Below, piece by piece: positions 26,761 to 35,513 of a stretch of 49,956 nt of DNA. The position numbers were made by a program, and so were the translations under genes. Position 1 is the first letter of the stretch; each line of letters opens with the position of its first letter. The notes below the pieces were generated by a model. It did no database searches and was not told where the DNA came from. It saw only the letters and a list, made by a program, of their open reading frames with translations. Origin of the DNA: a virus; IMG/VR virus record IMGVR_UViG_3300035698_021428, one strand, 5' to 3'.

Positions 26761-26994
26761 ATGCGATTCATTCAATGGTTTATGCAATTGTTTATCGTTC
26801 CTCCTAAATCAAAACAGAAAAGAGCGTGCCTGGCCTGCGGCTGCATAGGAGACTATAACGATACTTCCTGGCACTGTTCTGTCGCTTCTATTGGGAGAAA
26901 TATTATAGAAGATGATTTTTGTCCTGATTGCAAAATAATGATTATTGAAAAATATGGCGAAGATATTCTTACACCAGTCGTTACTAGCAAGTGA
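26761..26994 (+). CDS. small Cys-rich protein (77 aa)
   Basis: CLACGC...CPDC. Confidence 0.35.
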   Translation: MRFIQWFMQLFIVPPKSKQKRACLACGCIGDYNDTSWHCSVASIGRNIIEDDFCPDCKIMIIEKYGEDILTPVVTSK

Positions 26995-27337
26995 TAGTAG
27001 CTCTTGTTATAATGTATCCATGAATATCATCACTATCAACGGCAGACGATTTGAGGTCGAAGGAAATAATGTTTCCATTAGCAACGGGTGCGTGTCTGTT
27101 GATGGCAATCATGTTCTTGAGATATCAGGCGATATTAAAATCAAATGGCAAGGAGACCTGGCTAACCTGGAATGCGATAGATCAGTTAACTGCCATGATA
27201 TTAAGGGGAATGCATCTGCCGGCGGTTCTATCAATTGCGGCGATGTCAATGGCTCTGTTAAGGCCGGCGGCTCTGTCAACTGCGATGATGTAGGCAAATC
27301 TGTTAGCGCTGGCGGCTCTGTCAGAACGAATCAGTAA
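26945..27337 (+). CDS. bactofilin-like repeat protein (130 aa)
   Basis: Tandem GGS[VI]NC[GD]DV-type beta-helix-like repeats. Confidence 0.45.
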   Translation: MKNMAKIFLHQSLLASDSSSCYNVSMNIITINGRRFEVEGNNVSISNGCVSVDGNHVLEISGDIKIKWQGDLANLECDRSVNCHDIKGNASAGGSINCGDVNGSVKAGGSVNCDDVGKSVSAGGSVRTNQ

Positions 27338-27400
27338 AAGAGGTTGTTTAGGGCTGGATCAGTATTACTCTTTAGTGGATTATCGCTAAGGAGATATATT

Positions 27401-28564
27401 ATGGGTAGATTCCAAGACCTGATCGCAACTTCTGGTAGTATTGTAAATCTCAAAAATAAATTAGCATCTAAAGATGTTACTCCGAATAGAACTATTTTCT
27501 CTGCGCAGCTTCTTGCAAAACAAAAAGCCATTGTAGGTAAAGCTGTAGTTTCTATGCCTTTTACTGGCGTCAATCAACCGATTGAGCATCCAGATTTTAC
27601 TTACGACTATTTCATTAGCAATTTCTATTCTATGTGGCTCACCGGAACAAGCGATAATTTTGATAATATGAGTATGGGATGGGGAATTCCTACCAGAGGT
27701 TATCCTTACTTCTTTGATAATCTTATTCAACCGCTTATAGATAAAGGTTGTAAACGGTTTCATATCCATCTTCCTCACGGAAGACTGACGCCAGGAGTCA
27801 TGGATTTTTCTTCTTTGCTTCTTGCTATGGAAAACGGAAAGGATTTTGCTTACGAAGGTTTTTACGAAGCATTAGATGAAATTTATCTAAGCAATCCAGA
27901 TATAGTTTTTCTTTTGTACTTCGGGACAGTTCGTCTTGAGCGATATTTTCGAGATGCGCTTGACGAAAATAGGGTTGGAGATTGGATCAATAGAGCAATT
28001 GATAGCATTTTACCTGCTATTCATTCTCCGAATGTAGACATAGGGTTTGATGCTCCAATGGGAGATCCTGCTTCTTGGCCTCAAGATAATCCGGTATATC
28101 ATTTTATATCTTTAGTCAGGGCTCTTAAAGCAGAGCAAGGACGAGAAGTATATGTTGAGCCCCGACAACATGCTACAGGAACAAATTGGTTTGATTTCAA
28201 TGTTCTTAGCATAGAATCATTTTGGAACAGATCTGATCCTGATAGACATCAGGATGCTTCATGGGCAATTCATAACGGAGATATTCAAGCAAATGTTCTT
28301 CGAATGGATCTAACTCCTCTTCCGAAAGAAAACGGAGTAGTAACAGATTGGAGAACCTGGCTTCCCCAAAGAATTTCATCCATCATGATTGAAGACAAAT
28401 CCGGCAAACATCCATACATACATTCTCATGGACTTCATAGAGTTGCTGTCATGAATCCTCCTTCAACGGGTTCATATGGCCCCTTGGCAGAAAATATGAG
28501 AGAAATCTACGAAGCGACTATATCGTATGCTCAAGCCAATGGATCTTTATCTCCAATACAATAA
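27401..28564 (+). CDS. hypothetical protein (387 aa)
   Basis: SD aaggag upstream of ATG 27401. Confidence 0.5.
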   Translation: MGRFQDLIATSGSIVNLKNKLASKDVTPNRTIFSAQLLAKQKAIVGKAVVSMPFTGVNQPIEHPDFTYDYFISNFYSMWLTGTSDNFDNMSMGWGIPTRGYPYFFDNLIQPLIDKGCKRFHIHLPHGRLTPGVMDFSSLLLAMENGKDFAYEGFYEALDEIYLSNPDIVFLLYFGTVRLERYFRDALDENRVGDWINRAIDSILPAIHSPNVDIGFDAPMGDPASWPQDNPVYHFISLVRALKAEQGREVYVEPRQHATGTNWFDFNVLSIESFWNRSDPDRHQDASWAIHNGDIQANVLRMDLTPLPKENGVVTDWRTWLPQRISSIMIEDKSGKHPYIHSHGLHRVAVMNPPSTGSYGPLAENMREIYEATISYAQANGSLSPIQ

Positions 28565-28831
28565 TATATTACTTCCTGTAAGTTACAGAAGCCTAGCTGA
28601 ATACCGCCTCGAATAGGGGTTGTAGACAGTTTTTATTGGCGTGGAATAGTAGGTAGATGCCTTTTGGCTCGCCGATACATCTGAATCACTAGTAATAGCT
28701 AGCTTATTTTCAATATGGCTAGCAGGTGAATCAAATTCGACTAAACTTGTCGAACCATGAATCGTCGAACAGGGCTTGCGGCGGAGCCGCTGTTCGTATA
28801 CAAACCGACGCCGCAACAGGAGTGCGAAAGC

Positions 28832-30064
28832 ATGCGACTCAATAAGCTCAGTACGAGCATGACAATCATTGGAATGCTGTCTGCTGCATCTGCCTTTGCG
28901 CAGGATGGTGCCCAGGTCACGAATAGCGAGGACCATCAACGTATGATGTCATCTGAAATAATGAATGACGCAGTATCCCGCAGCGGTACACAATCTGGTC
29001 ATAATGGAAACGGATTCTTTTTCTCAGATCCCGATAGAGACTTCACCCTTAACATCGATGGACAGCTTCAGTTTCGCTACTATGCGAACTTTACTGACAT
29101 GGGAAAAACGGACACAACAACTGGTTTTGAGACGGCTCGAACAAAATTGAGATTTAGCGGCGATGTCAACACCTTCGATTATACAGTTGAAGGTGTTTTT
29201 GCTCCGTCAGGCGGCGGGTTTATGCTGCAAGACGCATTCTTCGGTCACTCTCTAGGTAGCAATGCCAACGTTCAGGTTGGTCAGTTTACGCTACCATTCA
29301 TGCGAGAACAGAACGTTGACAGTAGATATCAGCTTGCTGTTGAACGATCAGTTACCGATGCCGTATTTAATCAGGGCAGAGGCCAGGGTTTGCAGTTGAC
29401 GTTTACTCCTGTGGATATGGATAATGTTCGCTTTACAGCGGCATTCAGCGATGGGTTTAGCACGGCTAACACAGCGTACACATCTTCAATGGAAGCTGAT
29501 TACGCAATTACTGGTCGTTTAGATTGGCTCGCCGCAGGCGAATGGTCTCAGTTCGACGACTTTACTTCTCAACAAGATGAAGATTTTGGTTTCCTTGTAG
29601 GCCTTGCTGGTCACCTGCAGGAAGGCGGCGAAACTGGCGGAACTATGGACACTAAAATGTTCAGTTATACTGCAGATGCTAGCGTTGAGAATGGAGGGTT
29701 CAGTGCCTTTGTTTCAGGCGTTACTCGTTCTACCGAAACTACGGCAACTGAGTTCGATGATTTCGGGCTGGTCGCTCAAAGCGGTTTTAGGGTTACTGAA
29801 AAAGATGAACTATTCGCTCGATGGGATGCTGTCTACGCTGATAGCGATCGTGGTCTTACGAATGATGAGTTCAACTATCTGACCGCTGGCTACAATAGGT
29901 ATCTTGCTGGACACTCAGCTAAGTTCACAGCCGATGTTGTTTATGCTGTTGATGATACTGCTGGTATCGGAAGTCTGACCTCATCCCTTGGCGGACTTGG
30001 AATAATGAGCAGCATGGAAAGCGAAGATGTAGCCTTACGAGTACAGCTACAGCTTCTTTTCTGA
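28832..30064 (+). CDS. outer-membrane beta-barrel (porin-like) protein
   Basis: Signal peptide MRLNKLSTSMTIIGMLSAASAFAQD; alternating amphipathic strands; C-terminal ...LQLQLLF aromatic terminus. Confidence 0.6.
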   Translation: MRLNKLSTSMTIIGMLSAASAFAQDGAQVTNSEDHQRMMSSEIMNDAVSRSGTQSGHNGNGFFFSDPDRDFTLNIDGQLQFRYYANFTDMGKTDTTTGFETARTKLRFSGDVNTFDYTVEGVFAPSGGGFMLQDAFFGHSLGSNANVQVGQFTLPFMREQNVDSRYQLAVERSVTDAVFNQGRGQGLQLTFTPVDMDNVRFTAAFSDGFSTANTAYTSSMEADYAITGRLDWLAAGEWSQFDDFTSQQDEDFGFLVGLAGHLQEGGETGGTMDTKMFSYTADASVENGGFSAFVSGVTRSTETTATEFDDFGLVAQSGFRVTEKDELFARWDAVYADSDRGLTNDEFNYLTAGYNRYLAGHSAKFTADVVYAVDDTAGIGSLTSSLGGLGIMSSMESEDVALRVQLQLLF

Positions 30065-30094
30065 TCTGATAGCGACATCTAAATCGTATTTGAG

Positions 30095-30131
30095 CGACGG
30101 GCTGCACGGATTGCGGCTCGTCGTTTCTTTT
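30095..30131 (+). terminator. imperfect GC hairpin followed by a T-run
   Basis: cgacgggctgc...gcggctcgtcg followed by tttctttt. Confidence 0.4.
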
Positions 30132-30197
30132 AACTGGTGTAGCTTTTTTTTGATATGATACACGCTTGATAGCAAAGCATATAGAAAAGGAAATGAA

Positions 30198-30446
30198 ATG
30201 CCTTACGATCCTCGACATCATTCTGAAGGCGGTAATAGGTCTACGACCAATGACGATCTTCAGGCACTAACTGGAGAATACAGAGTTGTTCTGGTAGACA
30301 CTTTCGATGGTAGCGATTGTGTTATCGGGAATTATAAAGACCTTGACGAAGCTACTAAAATAGCTGATAAAAAAGGCGGGCAAATGACTATTGTATATGT
30401 CTATGATAGCGCAGGAAAGATAGTATATAGCGCAGGTAGTTTTTAA
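30198..30446 (+). CDS. hypothetical protein (82 aa)
   Basis: SD aaaggaaa. Confidence 0.45.
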   Translation: MPYDPRHHSEGGNRSTTNDDLQALTGEYRVVLVDTFDGSDCVIGNYKDLDEATKIADKKGGQMTIVYVYDSAGKIVYSAGSF

Positions 30447-30700
30447 TGTTTTCAAATAGCTTGATTCGTATTCGTCATTTACAATTAAGCGAAATTCGCG
30501 CCCGTCTCATTCGTACTCGAAAGTTACTCACTCTATCTGATTCTCCAAAGACAAACAAAGAAATCATGACACAAATGTTTCTTAACCAACAGATTATGGC
30601 CGAGATGTTCGAAGGGCTTCTTCCTGAGCTTCCTGCCTCGTCAAACAACGAAGATATCACCGAGCAATCGGAATCTTTTAAGGAAGTTATTCAGGCCTAA
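30446..30700 (+). CDS. hypothetical protein (84 aa)
   Basis: ORF, coupled. Confidence 0.4.
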   Translation: MFSNSLIRIRHLQLSEIRARLIRTRKLLTLSDSPKTNKEIMTQMFLNQQIMAEMFEGLLPELPASSNNEDITEQSESFKEVIQA

Positions 30701-30722
30701 AGACAAAAGTACAGGAGTAGTT

Positions 30723-30977
30723 ATGAATAGCGATAAAAAGAATATGCCAACAAATATGGCATATCGAGATGTAGACTGGTCTATTGTTTATGAAGTAGAG
30801 AAAATTTGCACGGTTAGCGAAACTATTGTTATCAATTTTATCAACGGCAAAAGTTTTCGTGTTGCGCTACCAGGGGTTTTAATGAAGGCTATGATTCAAC
30901 ATGGTGTAGATAAAGCCGAAAAACTCTTCATTGAACAAGACCTTGATCGGGATGATAAAGAGCACGGGCTTTACTAG
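30723..30977 (+). CDS. hypothetical protein (84 aa)
   Basis: SD aggag. Confidence 0.45.
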   Translation: MNSDKKNMPTNMAYRDVDWSIVYEVEKICTVSETIVINFINGKSFRVALPGVLMKAMIQHGVDKAEKLFIEQDLDRDDKEHGLY

Positions 30978-31079
30978 TTAATATCTGCTCAAATCGTCAA
31001 AAACAAGCCACTGACGATCATCTGGTGAAGTCTTTTTGGATAGAATAACGTTTTCGATTCCTAGATAAGAAAGACCCTA

Positions 31080-32729
31080 ATGGCAACCAAACTTGGAAAA
31101 GGCGAGTATCCCAGCGATCATTCGCCAGAAGACTTTAAATGCTTTGGCCCTCCTGCTCAGGAAGACGGTCAGTTTGACGGCATGATGATGGCTGACATGG
31201 GCTGCTTCAAGCAAGATGGTACAGATTCCAACAAATTCTACCATGGCGCAGTTGTTCAATCCAAAAAAGATGATAGCTGGTATGCCTACTATGAATGGGG
31301 CAGAACTGGGAAAGGTTCTTCTGATAAGCAATTCGTTTGTTGTTCGTCGAAAGAAGAAGCTGAACAAGTATTCTGCAAGCAGATGCACTCCAAAAATGAC
31401 AAGCGAGGCGAATGGGTCAAGATAGGCAGTAAAGACATTCTAAGAGCGAAGACAGGCAAAGACTGCTACCTTATCCGTCCGCTCGCAAAGCGATCTCATG
31501 GCCTTCCAGACGCTCAGACAATCGTCCATGACGATAGCGGCAAAGCTGGCAGCGCCGTCGCTAAGAAAACAACCAAAAAGACCGGAAAGAAAACCAGCAA
31601 AAAGATTGCTAAGAAAAAATCAAACGTTGATCCAAAGACTCTTAGTCTTATGAAGGATATGAACGTTGCAGCGGTTGAATTTACTCGCTCGCAGGTTGAT
31701 AGCGATGCAGTCCCAACTCAAGGCGTTATCGATGAAGGCAGAGATGTTCTTATCGAAGCGGAAAAAAGAGTTAAGAAAATTGGATCAAAGCTTGAAGAAC
31801 AAATTAGCGATAGAGACCTTCGAGATCTAACGTATCATCTCTATTCTCGAATCGGGAAGCCAAAGCCTCTCAATACGCTTGAATCTGCCTGGATTCTTTC
31901 TCAAGACAACATCATGCGTTGGCGAATGGACCTTGATACATTTGAGCAGGCATTATATGCTCTTGACCTAGGCATTGGCAGCGATACTCAGAATACCTTT
32001 GATCCGTTCAATGGCATGAATATTGAGATGATTCATCTCGACCCGACTAAAACGGCTGAAGGTCAATTTATTCACAATTGGATGCCTGGCGCAACGAAAA
32101 ACGTCCACGGGCACGTTGGCGACATGAGTATTGTCAACGCATGGGGCGTTCGTCAAACTGATTTTGCACCAAAATTTGAAGCAACTGCTGCAAAGATTGG
32201 TAATCGCAATTTCACCCCATCTGACAAACCTATCAAGCAGCCCCGAAAACGATCTGATATCTCGCCAGAAATGGCTAAACTATTCGATCAAGCAAATGTC
32301 AATCTCTTATTCCATGGAACAAGATCTGTCAATGTTCCTGGCATTCTTCGCACAGGGCTAAGGCTCCCCAGAGAGCTTGTTGGAGTTGTCCTTACTGGCG
32401 CAATGTTTGGACCCGGTATCTATTGGGCCGATGATTGGAAAAAATCAGACGGTTACACTTCTCGACCAGGAACTTATTGGTCAAGAGGCGGGGGACAGGT
32501 CAAAGGTCGCAAGGCTTTTATGTTTGTTGCCAATGTTGCTCTTGGCAATCCTCATATTGCTCGCGGTCCTCAAGGATATACTGCTCCGCCGAAAGGTTGC
32601 GATTGTGTTGCAGGTCTTGCTAATAAGAGCAGCGTAGCCAACAACGAATGGATTGTTTACGACAGTATGCAAAATTCTCTTACATATCTTATTGAATACG
32701 AAGTTTCAGGCAGCAGCCGTCGCTGGTAA
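31080..32729 (+). CDS. poly/mono(ADP-ribose) polymerase-like protein: WGR domain, Lys-rich linker, helical regulatory region, PARP catalytic domain (549 aa)
   Basis: WGR YYEWGRTGKGSSDKQ; catalytic H-Y-E: LFHGTRSVNVPGILRTGLR (H-G-T), GPGIYWADD (Tyr), NEWIVYDSMQNSLTYLIEY (Glu), matching PARP1 LWHGSR / GKGIYFAD / YNEYIVYD. Confidence 0.8.
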   Translation: MATKLGKGEYPSDHSPEDFKCFGPPAQEDGQFDGMMMADMGCFKQDGTDSNKFYHGAVVQSKKDDSWYAYYEWGRTGKGSSDKQFVCCSSKEEAEQVFCKQMHSKNDKRGEWVKIGSKDILRAKTGKDCYLIRPLAKRSHGLPDAQTIVHDDSGKAGSAVAKKTTKKTGKKTSKKIAKKKSNVDPKTLSLMKDMNVAAVEFTRSQVDSDAVPTQGVIDEGRDVLIEAEKRVKKIGSKLEEQISDRDLRDLTYHLYSRIGKPKPLNTLESAWILSQDNIMRWRMDLDTFEQALYALDLGIGSDTQNTFDPFNGMNIEMIHLDPTKTAEGQFIHNWMPGATKNVHGHVGDMSIVNAWGVRQTDFAPKFEATAAKIGNRNFTPSDKPIKQPRKRSDISPEMAKLFDQANVNLLFHGTRSVNVPGILRTGLRLPRELVGVVLTGAMFGPGIYWADDWKKSDGYTSRPGTYWSRGGGQVKGRKAFMFVANVALGNPHIARGPQGYTAPPKGCDCVAGLANKSSVANNEWIVYDSMQNSLTYLIEYEVSGSSRRW

Positions 32730-32743
32730 AAATTAGGAAAATT

Positions 32744-34927
32744 ATGCAAACTATTATTCGTCAAAGTCTTTCTGAATCAGAACTCCTTGATATGGCTAGA
32801 CAAGGTTGCACAGAAGACGCTATTCAAGATGATGGTAAAAAATTAACTCATTATCAAAATTCTGGCACCAATTATGCAGAGTCTCTTGGATTAAATCCTA
32901 AACGATATGAAATCGTTGCAAATGTAATCTATCCATCAAGAAACAGTAGAAATTATTTCTTCGGTCATCATAACACTCAAGAAATACCTGATAATGCAAA
33001 ATTGTTCTTAAAAGCTTCTTACAGCCGAGAACACTATAATGATAAATCAAAAGAAACAGTTCACAGATCTAAACTTTTGTTGAAAAACTTTTGTTTCAAG
33101 CATATCCAGCGACCACGGCATGACGGGTATAACTACGTTAGTCTAGACAAACAAAAATTTATTGCATGCGGAACCATTGAAATCGATGGCAAAGATATAC
33201 TCCTTCAAGGCGATTTTTCATTCTTCGTTGAAGCATTCGGCGTAACTCTAACCAAAGAACTTAAGCTTGACTGGGGCCAAGACAGTTCTCCAATGTTCGA
33301 TGATCTCCCCGCAACTATTTCCTGTATTAGTTATCTAAACGCTTGCTCTGGTCCCTATGGCTACTATGAAGAAAAACGGGATAGAAATAATTCTCAGTTC
33401 AATTTTGATTCCAGTGGCATATATGCCCTTGTTAGTAATTTCGGGTCTGACAAAACTATTATCAGCAATTTTCTTCATGGAATTCTTGCTGCAGGAATCG
33501 TTCCTCAAGCTATAGAGCCCAAAGGAATCTCCAAGATCTATAATAAAATCAGTGAGTATGCCGAATCATTGATGAAGACAGACCCGTATGCGGCATGTTG
33601 TTATCGACAGATTGCTAGGGAAGCAAAACGAACAATCAATAGCGTTAAGGTATCAGTTGTCTATAATGAACTTTTCGCTGGCGTTGACTCGGCAGAAACT
33701 CTCAAGTCTGTTCTTGAACCGTTTGAAGAATCGATGAGCGACCCAAGCAAATACAATGCGTTTGAGAATGCTCTTTCTGGTCTAGGAGCATTCAAGGATC
33801 GTCGTCGTAAAGCTCTAAAAAGTCAAGGGAACAGGGCTCTAACGAAAATCATGGAAGAGAAAGAATCTCTGACCTTTGATTTGAAAAAACACAAACGTCT
33901 TAATAAAGCTATTGAAGCTGGTGACATTCCCATCGGAACATTTTTCCGCAAAAAAGAACAGTTCTTTATTCTCAATGACAACTGGGATCTTTGGGAAAAG
34001 ATGCTCGCGCTCGATTACGATGTTACTGTCAAATTAGCTCAGGAAGTTTCTCGCAGGTCAACCTACGAGAAGGATCTGATGTCCTACTTCTATTTCGTAT
34101 TGGTCGATCTGCCAGCATACCTCAAGAAGCATACAGGATACAAATGGTCATGTATGCCAAGACTGGTTGACAGCGAAAGAGAACTCGAAGCGCCCAAAGT
34201 TGATGAGACAGGAACCGCTCGTTCTCGCTCTGCTCTAACGCCGATCGTTGACAACGATGCTAAAACCGTAACGGTTCCCTATGCGTCTCTCGCGATCGCC
34301 GGACGACAGACAACATATTGCTACAGTCATACCTATATGGCGATTCGCAAAGGTCTCATGTTCAATGGCAACGTCTCCACAGAAGATCTGGGAGAAAAGC
34401 TTAATGGTCGAGACGACTATGGGCTCATGTTCTATACATTGACTGGATCTTTCCAAGGTAGAGGATACCCGACATTTCTTATTATCTTCGAACGTCATTC
34501 TAAAAATGGCAGTAAAGATACAACTGTCCACTTTCATCGGGTTCATCCCAGCCGTTCCAAAGATGGCGACTATAACCCTATTCATAACTGGATTCGGGTC
34601 TGTTATAATTGGATGGCTGGCAATATCAACGCCAAGCGAATTAGGGCGCAGCAAGGCGATTTGTTCTTTGTTTCGACAGACAAGACTCCTGAGTTCGATA
34701 CTCGCGTTATGCAGTATGACAATCACAGGTTTGATAAGCCTGTTGGTTTCTCTCCATACGAAGGCAAGGATAAGAACATCCTTGGCTATATGAAGCTTGA
34801 CGAACCACTGACGCTAAACCATCACGAGCATGATAACGAGAATGTTCCTGCTGGGATCTTCGAGGTACGGCAATGCCGTAGCTGGGAAGCCAACCCCAAG
34901 GGCATTTGGACGATTAATATCGATTGA
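32744..34927 (+). CDS. hypothetical protein (727 aa)
   Basis: Long ORF 15 nt downstream of the PARP gene; no motif recognised. Confidence 0.5.
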   Translation: MQTIIRQSLSESELLDMARQGCTEDAIQDDGKKLTHYQNSGTNYAESLGLNPKRYEIVANVIYPSRNSRNYFFGHHNTQEIPDNAKLFLKASYSREHYNDKSKETVHRSKLLLKNFCFKHIQRPRHDGYNYVSLDKQKFIACGTIEIDGKDILLQGDFSFFVEAFGVTLTKELKLDWGQDSSPMFDDLPATISCISYLNACSGPYGYYEEKRDRNNSQFNFDSSGIYALVSNFGSDKTIISNFLHGILAAGIVPQAIEPKGISKIYNKISEYAESLMKTDPYAACCYRQIAREAKRTINSVKVSVVYNELFAGVDSAETLKSVLEPFEESMSDPSKYNAFENALSGLGAFKDRRRKALKSQGNRALTKIMEEKESLTFDLKKHKRLNKAIEAGDIPIGTFFRKKEQFFILNDNWDLWEKMLALDYDVTVKLAQEVSRRSTYEKDLMSYFYFVLVDLPAYLKKHTGYKWSCMPRLVDSERELEAPKVDETGTARSRSALTPIVDNDAKTVTVPYASLAIAGRQTTYCYSHTYMAIRKGLMFNGNVSTEDLGEKLNGRDDYGLMFYTLTGSFQGRGYPTFLIIFERHSKNGSKDTTVHFHRVHPSRSKDGDYNPIHNWIRVCYNWMAGNINAKRIRAQQGDLFFVSTDKTPEFDTRVMQYDNHRFDKPVGFSPYEGKDKNILGYMKLDEPLTLNHHEHDNENVPAGIFEVRQCRSWEANPKGIWTINID

Positions 34928-34993
34928 CATGGGGTCGCTGAAAAGTAGCAAGCGACCAACGAAAGAGGTACTTATACGAAAGAGGTACACACC

Positions 34994-35386
34994 ATGAATG
35001 GCGCAAAAGAATTTGATCAGACAATTGGAGCAGAAGGACACCGTATTCCTCGCAACGCAACGATGCTTTCCCAGCAGTTGACGAATATGGGATTCAAAAA
35101 AGTCAGGGCGCAGTGGACTGTTAAGTTCACAGCCGAGGCTCCTGACGGATCTGGCCGTTTAACCAAGAGCATCGTCGGAACGGTTGATAAACAGGTGCAT
35201 GGCAACGGTCCTCGTGCAATCGGTGGAAATGGCCAAACAGGTTTGTCTTCTGCTATCGCCAATTCAACAGGCGGAGGGAATGTATCAGCAGTTCCCAAAT
35301 CCGCTGCTAGTTCAGCAACTACTACCGCCCCTGTTCTTCCCAGCGCATTCGGCAGAGGCGGGATCGATAGAGGTTGTGGCGACTGA
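34994..35386 (+). CDS. Gly/Ser/Ala-rich hypothetical protein (130 aa)
   Basis: SD gaaagagg. Confidence 0.4.
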   Translation: MNGAKEFDQTIGAEGHRIPRNATMLSQQLTNMGFKKVRAQWTVKFTAEAPDGSGRLTKSIVGTVDKQVHGNGPRAIGGNGQTGLSSAIANSTGGGNVSAVPKSAASSATTTAPVLPSAFGRGGIDRGCGD

Positions 35387-35513
35387 TTTCAAATAAATAA
35401 TTCCTTTCTGAAATTAGCCCCTGGTCTCCGGATCAGGGGTTTTCTTATAATTTAATAACAAATTCAATCTAATAATCTAAAGGGAGACATGGTATTAAAG
35501 AGTAATACAAGGT

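Noticed and set aside
26945-27337. Short direct nucleotide repeats (ggcggctctgtcaactgcg...), checked as a possible CRISPR array
   Set aside because: The repeats are in-frame codon repeats of a GGSVNC beta-helix-like protein, with no spacer/repeat periodicity typical of CRISPR. No CRISPR-like array was seen anywhere in the window.
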